From NCBI GenBank assembly GCA_905178155.1, contig CAJINV010000002.1, forward strand, positions 3,474,757 to 3,538,756: a DNA stretch of 64,000 nt. Reading direction: 5' to 3'. The stretch is from Amoebophrya sp. A120. Lineage: Eukaryota; Protista; Dinoflagellata. The notes below the pieces were generated by a model. The model saw only the letters and a program-made list of their open reading frames with translations, was not told where the DNA came from and made no database searches. Shown piece after piece: positions 1 through 10,454 of this stretch (the stretch's first letter is position 1; every line of letters begins with the position of its first letter). The position numbers and the translations under genes were made by a program.

Positions 1-1544
1 CGGCGGAGCTACAACGAGAACGCAATGGTGCAGAGTACTTACTAGTACGTGCAAGAAATAACGTGAGCAGTTTCAGTATCAAAGGACGGAAAAAGCACAT
101 GCTGTACTAGTGTGCGAGCTCTAACTTCTACTCTAGCTAAACCAATCATGGCAGCACTGTAAATCTCATCTTTTGGCGCATATAGTTCTTTCTACTAGTA
201 GGTCAATTGTATACGAGAATTGGAGATATTTATTAATCATTTGCATACTTATTACGGTTTTAGTACCATCACTACTACTCTACCAAGAAGGCCGAGCACG
301 TACAGCGAAGTTGATGAGGCTTGATAGCTGCTTTTTCTTCGCTGTACTAATATTGGCGCTGCTCTTTTTGTGATGAAGTAGTACAGCTACCCTTTCATGT
401 GTGATCAAGAAGCAAGGATCACGCTGGCTTCTGTACAATACCCTCAACATTTTTGATTTTGTGGACAAGGATGCAAATGCGTGATAATCATCAGGATAGA
501 CGATTAGATTTAGAAGATAAAAGCAGAAAACAAAGACAGAGAAGACAGCGTTTTTCATCTCATGTCTGCCCTTATGAACAAGATGACACCCCTTTGGTAT
601 GTAAATGAGGCATACTGCTGCTTCTTATTCCTAGAAAATTCCGCGAACAGCGCTTCTCGAAGAGCCGCACAACTCGTGGCTCATCTCAGGAAGTGCAAGT
701 GGCCCTCGCATACCGATCGTAGCACCTAAGGTGAAAACAACAACATGTCATGCATTTCTTTCCAGTAAATATTTTACTACATTTTTGTCCTCCCGGAAAA
801 CAAGAAAGTGGTTTTTCTTCAACGACAGGAGGGGAAACTCGCCGAACAAAAACACTACACGAGGAGGCGACCCGCTGAAGAATCAGACCGTTTGAATCTT
901 CTTTTACACGGGTCTACAATGACGAGAGCAGCAAGTACGTCCTTGTGAGTTGTGAAGAAACTACATTTTATTTTGCAGCGAAGGGGCGGCGATGTTGATG
1001 CAGCAAATACAGGTGCTGCGTTACGGTTTTGGTGTTCTGTTCATCACGAGGTGGGAATAAAGACCAAGACTATGTAGGAAGTCAGGACTTTCTCCATGTG
1101 CATGTTTGTCATGACATCAGGTTCATCTGGCTCCGTCCACCGCCCGCAATGTCGAAAGAGCCATGACGTTCCCATTAAGAAGTAGTCGGTCAACCACGAA
1201 TTTTCAAAATTTTGTTTTTATGATCCCTGCAAATCCGCGAAATTTCAAAAATTTATTTTTATCGTTCTGCCCAAACAAAAAGTTTTGGAAGTGTGCAAAG
1301 CTCGAGGACAGACACCGTTTCAAAAATGTAGTCGTCGTTATGAAAATTCAAATTTTTTATTTTTATCGCGTCGTCTGTATTAGCGCCACGCGTCGTGTGG
1401 GGTGCGGAATTTGCCTTCTGTCTTACGCGAAATTTCAAAATGTTCTTTTTATTTGCTTCGCGCATCCGCGAAATACTAAAATTTTATTTTTATTGAACTC
1501 AAAGAGACGTTAAGCTCATTAGTTTGCGCGCCGCCCCCGCGAAT

Positions 1545-2010
1545 CTATTTGCGCCTCTGGATGTGAGCCTAAATTTGCCCCCGACACATGGGCTTCCCCA
1601 TGGTATGGCGCATTGAAAGTTGCCCCCGGTGAATGTTTTTGCGCCTCTGGAGAGGAGCCTAGATTTGCCCCCGGCGAATGGGTTCCGCGATGGTATGGCG
1701 CATTGGAAGTTGGCCCCAGCGAATCTTTTTGCGCCTCTGGACGAGAGCCTAGATTTGCCCCCGGCGAATGGGTTCCCCGATGGTATGGCGCATCGAAAGT
1801 TGGCCCCAGCGAACCTTTTTGTGCCTCTGGACTGGAGCCTAAATTTGCTCCCGACGAATGGCTTTCCCGATGCTATGGTGTGTTAAAAGTGCGCCCCGGC
1901 GAATCTTTTTGCGCCTCCGGGCGGGAGCCTAAATTTGCCCCCGGCGAATGCGTTTTCCGATGGTATGGCGCACTGAATGTTGGTTCCGTCGGATATTTTC
2001 GTGCTTCCGG
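1545..2010. repeat. 90-bp tandem repeat, about 5 copies
   Basis: Unit TTTGCGCCTCTGG...GAGCCTARATTTGCCCCC...TGGTATGGCGCA recurs at about 1548, 1638, 1728, 1818 and 1908. Confidence 0.9.
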
Positions 2011-2614
2011 ATACGGTACCAATGTCGGTTTTGTCGTATGCTCACGGCTCGAGGACGAGCAGCAGTCATCGAGTCAGCTTTATTGAGTAGGTAGATCTAG
2101 ATGTACGTAGCACCATGCTCGTTCCGAAGCAACACGCTGTCGCGACACTGAAGTATTTTCAGTCTTAATCGTGCAACAAAGACTTCGCTCATCGTCGGTA
2201 CAGCAAGACTCAGAAAAATCGTCCATCAACCGTGACAACATTCGATCGTTCCGCACTAATCTGTCGTACCACAGCAACAACGCAGACATCCCTGGCTGCA
2301 ACGGAGCGACGTTATTGTGAATTTTCTCTATTGTTTTTGTCATTAAACATGCTTGCTATTCTACTGACTTTGAAGAGCATCCACCTCGTGTTTATTCAAC
2401 TCACCAGCTGCAGTTCTCAACCACAAGTGGGTTGCGCCTTACCAAGGCTTCTATTCCGTACGTCCAGCTTTGAACTGATTTTGTGTTGTCCCCCTACACT
2501 ACAAGCATACGTCTTTCCGTTTTCCCCCACCTACCTGACGGCTCTTCCCAAAGAAACCTAAAACTCTCTTCTTTCAACGTAGCACATTTTCCTCCACCCT
2601 CACCACCAAACAAG

Positions 2615-3619
2615 ATGCCCATCCTCGTTTCCGAACCGCTTCTCCAGCCCTGGACGCTGCGCAAACCCCGCCCGCAGGATACAGTCGAGGAAAGGAGACG
2701 CAAAATCGATGCCGATCGGTCCACCTACACCACCCGTTACATGGACAGCAGCAGCAATACCCCCACCGCTGCGAAGTATTCCTGCCGAACGAGAACCAAC
2801 TTCGGCGTCCCACCCGGCCTAGCGGAGGAGAAATATTTCATCAAGCGAAAGAAATCCTACGCCGACCGCCGGTCCTGGGCGGGATTCCCGGGGGACAACG
2901 TCTTCAACGGGAAATCTTGTCGGGTCTGGACGGAGCAGGGGGTGAAAGAGTGGGTGACGTCCGCGATGCTCAGGCGGGGCTTGATTGAAACAGGAAATCA
3001 AAAAACCGAAGAAGAAAATAGTCCAGCCGATTCGGATAGTAAAAATCCAGATTCGATTGAAAAAGAATTGGAAAAGCAACTTCAAAAACAAAAGTCCGCC
3101 CTTTACGACTTGTCCAATTTCCAACCTGTCCCTGGGCAGACACTCGAAAATTGGAAGCTGCACGACTTCGAGCAAAACATCCCCGGTGGGGGCGAAACCT
3201 TACCGAGAGAAATCGCGGAATCACTTTTCAACGAGTTGAAATGCAAGGAGATTGAATACCAGGCAAACGCCGCGTTCGACGACAGCATTGTGCGAGGGGT
3301 AAACTTCACTCTCAAAGCCTTCCCGAAGTTCAAGATCCGGGAGAAATTCCCCTTACCAGAAAACAAGCAGAAAGTCCCCGGGCCTGGCCACTACCGCCAG
3401 CCGACGACGTTGGGTATTGGGAAGAGCGGAAAAGGGCATCCGCTGTGGAAACAGGACGGCAGGCCGGTGTTCGGGATCGACGTGAGATTTCCGACATTTG
3501 ATTCTGCTGGACCTGGGCCGGGGAAGTACCCCGCGATTGCGTTGGCAAAAGATCCGACGCTGGAATGGACGCCGAAATGGTCACTGGGGGTGAAAAATAG
3601 TTACGGGGGCGCGTTTTGA
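2615..3619 (+). CDS. Sperm-tail PG-rich repeat (ODF3/SHIPPO-like) flagellar protein, intronless
   Basis: ORF from MPILV; C-terminal PGPGHY and PGPGKY motifs plus TPKWSLG. Confidence 0.7.
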   Translation: MPILVSEPLLQPWTLRKPRPQDTVEERRRKIDADRSTYTTRYMDSSSNTPTAAKYSCRTRTNFGVPPGLAEEKYFIKRKKSYADRRSWAGFPGDNVFNGKSCRVWTEQGVKEWVTSAMLRRGLIETGNQKTEEENSPADSDSKNPDSIEKELEKQLQKQKSALYDLSNFQPVPGQTLENWKLHDFEQNIPGGGETLPREIAESLFNELKCKEIEYQANAAFDDSIVRGVNFTLKAFPKFKIREKFPLPENKQKVPGPGHYRQPTTLGIGKSGKGHPLWKQDGRPVFGIDVRFPTFDSAGPGPGKYPAIALAKDPTLEWTPKWSLGVKNSYGGAF

Positions 3620-4187
3620 TGAGGATAGTAGACCTCAAATTTTGTCAACATTTTCCGTGGTGGTCGACATCTTTATGCCATTTAGGTAAATCCTTGTTTT
3701 CTGCCCCTGTCTCCGTCTGGAATCAGAATAGCCCTGCTGTTTTCATCTAGAAGTAGTTCAAAACTACCTCAGATGAACGAATAAAAAATCCGTACCCCGG
3801 TTGTACTCGCCAATTCGGTGAAAGACGCAATCACATCCATGACGAGTAGAGCGGAACATCAGGCATGTTTGTAGTATCATCAGCAATCATAAATCCATAG
3901 TAGTAGTACCCACCACCAAAAACTTTCTCGCGCTACGTCACTCACCAACCGAACACACACAAACACCCACCATTCATCACGTTCCAAATCATACATGACA
4001 ATCACTATATTTTTTTGTCGAGAGGATATAGTTGCACACATAAAAACGACGCCACTGCATCGAGCTTCATCTGCTGGCTTCACGTCGTGGCATTGCAGAG
4101 TTGCTGTTCATTTTTTTGTCGGACATGTGGTGAAGTACACCGAGGTTATTTCCCAGATTGGCAGGAGTCGCTCTTCGATCCAAAAGT

Positions 4188-5313
4188 AAATGTATGACCG
4201 GGCAAGCAAGGTCTTGCGAGCCTGTGAGTCAAGGCCGACGTTGGTCGGTCTATATTTTATGGGCGGGACAAACCCGCTCTACTTCACGGTAACCAAAACT
4301 TACGAAGCACGATATGCAGCATGAGGGACGCGCATTCGCGTTAATTTTCCTCTAGTTTACTGCAGTGCTTTCTAGGTTTTCAGGGACTTGCGCCCCTGCC
4401 GATGGTAGCTCTAAGCTCTTTTCTCCATTGGAGTTTCAAGTTCGCCATTTTTGATCTAGGGTTATTAGAGCGCATTCCCCGCTCGGCCCGAGGCTCAGGC
4501 AATTTTTGGACCTTGTCCAACGTGCTCCTAGTTTTCCGGAGACGATTTGAATTTGATTTTGTCTGGTGTACTTTCCGGCACCAGCACATGACTTCCCCTT
4601 GGTGTACTTTCCGACACCGAAGTACTTCTATCTTGGTTGAGTTCCTCAAGGCATTCGAGGACTTTTTGACCTTGGTTATTTTCATCTCAAACTCGGTGGG
4701 GCGGCTTTTCGGTACCCAAATTCATCTCCAGTCCTTCGTTTAGAGGGTTCTTTGGGTCGCGTCGTTGCTTTGCGTCTCCGCCGGTGGGGTAGGCTCGCCC
4801 ATGCTTTGTCTGCGAGCGGATTCACCTCCTGATACCCGGGACGCATATCCAAAGTTGATCATCCACAGGATGATCTATCCACGGAAGTATTTGACAAGTG
4901 CATAAAATGTATGACCGGGCAAGCAAGGTCTTGCGAGCCTGTGAGTCAAGGCCGACGTTGGTCGGTCTATATTTTATGGGCGGGACAAACCCGCTCTACT
5001 TCACGGTAACCAAAACTTACGAAGCACGATATGCAGCATGAGGGACGCGCATTCGCGTTAATTTTTCCCTCCCTCCCAGCCCTTATTTGTCATGCTGATT
5101 TACTTTGGTTTGAAGTGGATGGATCATGAGGCTTCGCGCCACTTCGCATCAGGAGTGTGACAGAAGCCCATCACTTGCTTTCGGGAAATTGGGGTAGGCT
5201 CGCCCATGCTTTGTCTGCGAGCGGATTCACCTCCTGATACCCGGGACGCATATCCAAAGTTGATCATCCACAGGATGATCTATCCACGGAAGTATTTGAC
5301 AAGTGCATAAAAT
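4188..5313. repeat. Interleaved direct repeats A (4188-4348 = 4905-5065) and B (4785-4908 = 5190-5313)
   Basis: Apparently identical 161-bp and 124-bp blocks read directly from the sequence. Confidence 0.85.
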
Positions 5314-5604
5314 AAAGTATTTCGAAAAATAAATAAATGCACAACGATCATTTGGGAATAGGAGGTTATCATGTCTGTGTCTGGAGTTGGAAAACCACAC
5401 AAAATCAGCATCGATCATCCGAATGAATGTCAAGATCTGAAAGTAGCTGATCATGACCTCCATGACGACCTGTTGTAGATCATTTGGATAGTTCCTGTTC
5501 TGAAAAATGATTTGGAAGCTCGCCAAAAGACGCGTTATGTGGTTCTTGACTGGATCGTACGAGTTTTGAGTATTTTAGGCACTGAACCACTTCGACAAAG
5601 TAAA

Positions 5605-6860
5605 AAAGTTGAGATTGACTTAAGACCCGAGTTGAGATCGAGTCGAAATTTGCATGATCTGGGCATTCATTAGCAGCGACGTTTCTAGTGCCCAAAATTT
5701 CCAGAAGCGTGTATGTGGATAGGATAGCTGTGCGAGGTGCTTTTGTGCGTCCCCATTGTTGCTTCTGTCCAAAGCGTGAGGATGAGCTCCCTCGTGCTCG
5801 ACCGGGTGGGCAGTAAATCTGGATCTTGCATATTCAGGGCGAGCTTTTTTTCGGGTGAAAAAAGCTGCAATGTTTCCACTCCGTCGAGATCGAATCAAGA
5901 GTAAGTTGAGACCGAGTGGACACGGACGGAGTTGAGACCGAGTTGCGATCGCGCTCGCTGGAATCGAGTTGAGACCGAGTTAAGATCGACTTGACATCGA
6001 GTTGAGATCGAGTTGAGATTGAGCCATCCTCGAGTTGAGATTTTCACCCTTTTTTCACTGAAAAAAGGAGCAAGCTTTTTTTCAGCTGAAAAATCACGCG
6101 GCGCTTTTTTTCAGCTGAAAAAAGGCACACTTGCGTTTTTTTTCAGCTGAAAAAAAGCTCACTTGCGTTTTTTTTCAGCTGAAAAAGAGCACATTTGGGC
6201 TGCGCGCCTCTTTCCAGCTGAAAAAAAGCATTTCCGCGGTTTTTTCCAGCTGAAAAACTGCGCCTTGTAATTTTTCAGGTGAAAAAAAGTACAAGGGCGC
6301 AACTTTTCAACTGAAAAAAAGCACAAGGGCGCAATTTTTCAGCTGAAAAAAAGCGCAAGGGGGTAAGTTTTCAGCTGAAAAAAGCGCCGTATGAGGTCAC
6401 ACCTCGTTCGATTTTTCAGTGACAAAAAAGTGAAAATCTCAACTCGGTCTCAACTCGGTCTCAGCTCGATGTCAACTCGATGTCAACTCGATGCCAACTC
6501 GATGTCAACTCGATGCCAACTCGATGCCAGCTTGCTCGATCTCAACTAGATCCCAACTCGGTTCCAGCTTGCTCCCTCTCCGCTCGATCTTGGTTCAATC
6601 TCGATGTGTTGCTCATCATCTGCGCACTTCTCGAGTCTCGTCGAGGCTGGAAATTGAGCCATGAATTCCCGCTCGAACAAAGCGTCTTGGCGGTTTTTTT
6701 CAGCTGAAAAAGTGCGCCTTTCCTTTGCGCGCTTTTCAGCTGCAAAAAGCACAGCTAGGGTGCTCGTTCTAGCAGGACCAGGAGTAACTCTGAACATTTA
6801 CACGAACGCCCGCGACACATTTAGCCACAGCGCCAGCACTGTTTGAACTCGATCTCAACT
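5605..6860. repeat. Foldback-like modular palindromic element
   Basis: GAGTTGAGAYC arrays on the left, inverted GATCTCAACTC arrays on the right, central TTTTCAGCTGAAAA palindrome array. Confidence 0.7.
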
Positions 6861-7122
6861 GGGCCAAAAGACGCGTTATGTGGTTCTTGACTGGATCGCA
6901 CGAGTTTTGAGTATTTTTCTTCCAAACAAACTCGACTAGCGTTTTTTTCCTCGAACAATTTCGCCAGATTCTATCTGACACAACTTCTAGACACTGAACG
7001 AGAACGTTGCGAAGCTCCTTTCGACCCGACCACGACACTAGGAAGTATTACCTAGCTTTCTGAACTTTTTCTAGAGGCTCTTGGATATAATTTTCAGCAA
7101 TTTCATCCCGCCAAGAAACAAA

Positions 7123-9706
7123 ATGAGCGCTCCTGCCGAAGAGCCGAAAGTCCAGGAACAGCAGCAGGCCACTGTGGCCCCCGCTGAGGAGAAGAAGGCT
7201 GAGGAGCAGAAGGTCGCTGCCGGCACGGAAGAAAAGCCGAAACAAGCCGAAGAAACCACCGCTAGTACAACTACCGCGGCTGCCGCTCCCGCTACCGAGG
7301 AAAAAGTAGAACAAACCACCACTTCCAACAAGCGCCCCGCCGAAGATAGTGTTGTGGCTGCCGAAGAGAAAAAGGAAGAGAAAAAGGATGGCGAACAAGA
7401 GCAGAAACCTGCGGCCGAGGAACAAACTGCTGCGGCTAGTGCCCCGCCGGCGAAGAAACAGAAGTTGAACAACAATAAGTTAAATGTCGCGACTGACCAG
7501 GGAATTTTGATCACGGCGGCGAACTCCCACGCGTTGAAGCCGGCCATTCACGATTGCTTGAACATTTTGAAGCGCGCTTTTCCGGACACTGCTACAGCAG
7601 TATGCATTGCAAAAGTATCGTACTCGTATAAATGCATTACAAATTTCCTCAGCATGAGAAATAAAATTTGTAATGCGGATTTACCGTAACAAAAGGATTT
7701 AATGCATGATTGCAATACGAGTGCGATGCTTTTGCACAGGATAAGCAGGTGCCGACGACAAGGCTGGAAAAAGATTCGAACTCTGCAACGATCACAAGCT
7801 GCCGTTCGGTATTGATGAGAATGTTCCTTTTGCATTTGCTGTTGGTTGTTTTCGCATGACAGTCACAGTAATTCTTCCACTTCTTCCTCCTGAACCTGAT
7901 GTCAACATCGCATGCCAATCTGTTCATGCTCACTTGCACTACTTACAAAACCGCACAACAAATTCTGCTAGGTATCGGCTTCGTGAAGTGCAATCAGTCT
8001 CCTACCGCTCCGTTAACCGCGTCCGCCTGCTGCAGCCAGATGTTCGAGAAATTCCAAAACAAGCAGGAAAACTCCCACCATATTTTCCGGCTACTGCCGT
8101 GCGACTTCCTCTGTAAGCCGGACATTGAGGAGTTCAAAAAGCTCGCGGAGAAACACATCAAACCCTTGTTCCCGAAAACGGAAAAAGCGGAAGACAAAAA
8201 GTTGACGTGGGCGCTGAACTTCAAAACCCGGGCGGTGGTATGGAATGTGAAATAAATTTTTCGGAGATTGTTTGCAATTTTTACGCACAGGACGGGGCGC
8301 TTTTTCGATTTAATAAGTGCCTGCATGCGAAAGACCATTCGAGGACAATTATGCTGCGGCTTTTCCAAGGATGTCGAACGGCCAGCTTTTGCAGCCTTCA
8401 CGCAAACTAGCAAGTTTTGGCTCAGACAATCAAAAAAATCGCAGCACCATGGTGATGCATGATTTTTCTGATTGAAAATAACATGCGCTTGCTCTATGTG
8501 ACGCAACAATGGTGCAATTTTTTTCGATTATGAATCTATTTGACCCGCCGTCCTAGTACCTCAAATTGTCTCCGAACAATTTCGACTTTCCCACTCCATA
8601 CTTGAAGAAGATCAACAAGGACCTGATCCTGCAAGTGATCGACCAGTGGTATCAAATGCAAAAATGTCTGGGTCTGGGAGATTCCGAGATTTGTCATGCA
8701 GTTTTTCCAAGCTCCCCCACGTCTGGAATGCAGGGCCTAGCATCACAGGTTCTGCAGCTCCTTGGTGATGCGTATTCTGCATGAGAAATGCTCTCTCAGC
8801 ATGGCCAGAAGTGGGCACCTTTTGCACGTTATGCATCACAGATCTTTGTAGGATCCGAAACACATATCACAAGTTCGGATCCTTCCAGACCCAGACATTT
8901 TTGCGTTTGATAAATGGACCGATGGGTACAAGGTTTCCCTGGACAACCCCGAAGTGTGCATCCAGATCGAGGTGAACCCGGTTTTCATCGGGTTGGCTTT
9001 GATTGACAACCACCAGTGGGGGAAGTTTATCAAGTACAACGTGCAATCGGTGTTGAATCCGGCGCAGGCCCTATGGGGAGGAAAAAGTTTGTTACAGTCA
9101 CTATCTATCTTGGCGGTTCTGCATTACAAATTTTTTGCATCATCACAGCTTTTGCTTGTATTGCTGGAACACCAAGGGAAATCCCGTAGGAAGTTTGGCT
9201 GTGGGGCATTTTTATGCATGACAGTCAGGCATTTTTTGTATTGCAACAATGCACATGAATGATCGTGGTGAGCTTTTTTCTTTTGATAGGCCGCGAAGGA
9301 AGCGGAAAAGCACCGGAGCCGGGAGAAGGCGAACCAGGCGAAAAAAGCGGAGAAGGCTGCTGTATGAACTGCAAAAGTATCGCACTCTCATAAATGCATT
9401 ACGCATTCTCTCAGCATGAGAAATAAAATTTGTAATGCGGATTTACGTTGAGAAAAAAATTCGTAATGCATGATTGCAATAGGAGTGCGATACTTTTGCA
9501 CAGGATATGCCGCTGCGAGTAGTACCACGGGAGTCGAGAAGAAGGCGGAGGAGAAGAAGGAGGAAGCTGCGGCTGCTTGTGCCACTGCAGAGACGAAGAC
9601 CGAAGCTCCTGCGCCCGCCGTTGCCGAGAAGGAAGCCGCTAAGGCCGTTGTTGAGGGAGAACAAGCGAAGACCGCCACGGAGAAGGCGGTGGAGGCTGGA
9701 GCGTAA
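7123..9706 (+). CDS. THUMP-domain protein (Tan1/THUMPD1-like tRNA modification adaptor), 7 exons
   Basis: Spliced: GILITAANS...RLLPCDFLCKPDIEEFKKLA...TWALNFKTRA...NKDLILQVIDQWTDGYKVSLDNPEVCIQIEV. Confidence 0.8.
7601..7743. mobile_element. Introner, family C (TGCAAAAGTATCGTACT TIR)
   Basis: TAT..ATA, TSD AGCAG/AGCAG. Confidence 0.9.
7810..7974. mobile_element. Degenerate introner
   Basis: TCGG repeat on both sides; removal gives KLPFGFVKC. Confidence 0.6.
8239..8600. mobile_element. Degenerate introner
   Basis: TATGGAATGTGAAA / TTTCCCACTCCATA TIR; TSD eroded. Confidence 0.6.
8650..8912. mobile_element. Introner, family A (TGCAAAAATGTCTGGGTCTGGA TIR)
   Basis: TSD AGTGG/AATGG. Confidence 0.9.
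9072..9288. mobile_element. Introner, minor family
   Basis: TAT..ATA, TSD GGCCC/GGCCG. Confidence 0.75.
9363..9507. mobile_element. Introner, family C
   Basis: TSD TGCTG/TGCCG. Confidence 0.9.
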
Positions 9707-10454
9707 AGGCAGAATCGTCGACATGAGAAGGCTATATGTAGTGTTGAATGTGGAAAAATAAAGGGAAACATGAAACTTCCGTTTGCGAATGACACCACTA
9801 CACTTACGAAACCTCCGCGTTTGTCTCTTCGCGACTCGATGACATCGCTTCTCTGGTGTGAGGAGTATGAAGACGAGCTCCTCTATCCAGGTCACAGATC
9901 AGAACCATCACTAACTTTGCTTTTGAACAGCTCAACCTCGAATAAAAGTTAATATCACGCAAACAAGTTCTCGAAAAATTCCATCGCCAAGTAACAGGGA
10001 AAGCATTCTAGGTTCTAGAAATGATGACTTTTCTTTGATGTGATCAAGCCGCTGGGTGGTGGTCACCTCTATCTGTGTTCGAGTTGTATGCAGTACTTGC
10101 TTCTATCCCCCGAGTGTAGTCTCAACTTCTACAGCCTCTGTTTGTTACAATCGGTATGGTTTTTTATTTCGTGTGCTGCCAAAGTTGTGGAGAGAAACGC
10201 GGCTCTGGAAGTTTCACAGGAGCTTTTTTTAGCGCTACTAAGTCAGAAGACAGAAACGAAGCGAGAGCCGATATTCATTGCGCAAAGAAAACGACAGGAA
10301 CAGAAAAAGATTCTCCAAAGGAAAATATCCTTTCCCGTGTCGCAGACGACAGGAGTGCTGCAAAATTAATTGCAATTCAAATCGACCTTTGGTACCTACT
10401 ATAGTTGATTGGAAATTATAAAGTCGCGATAGAACAGAAAAAATCACGAACAAC

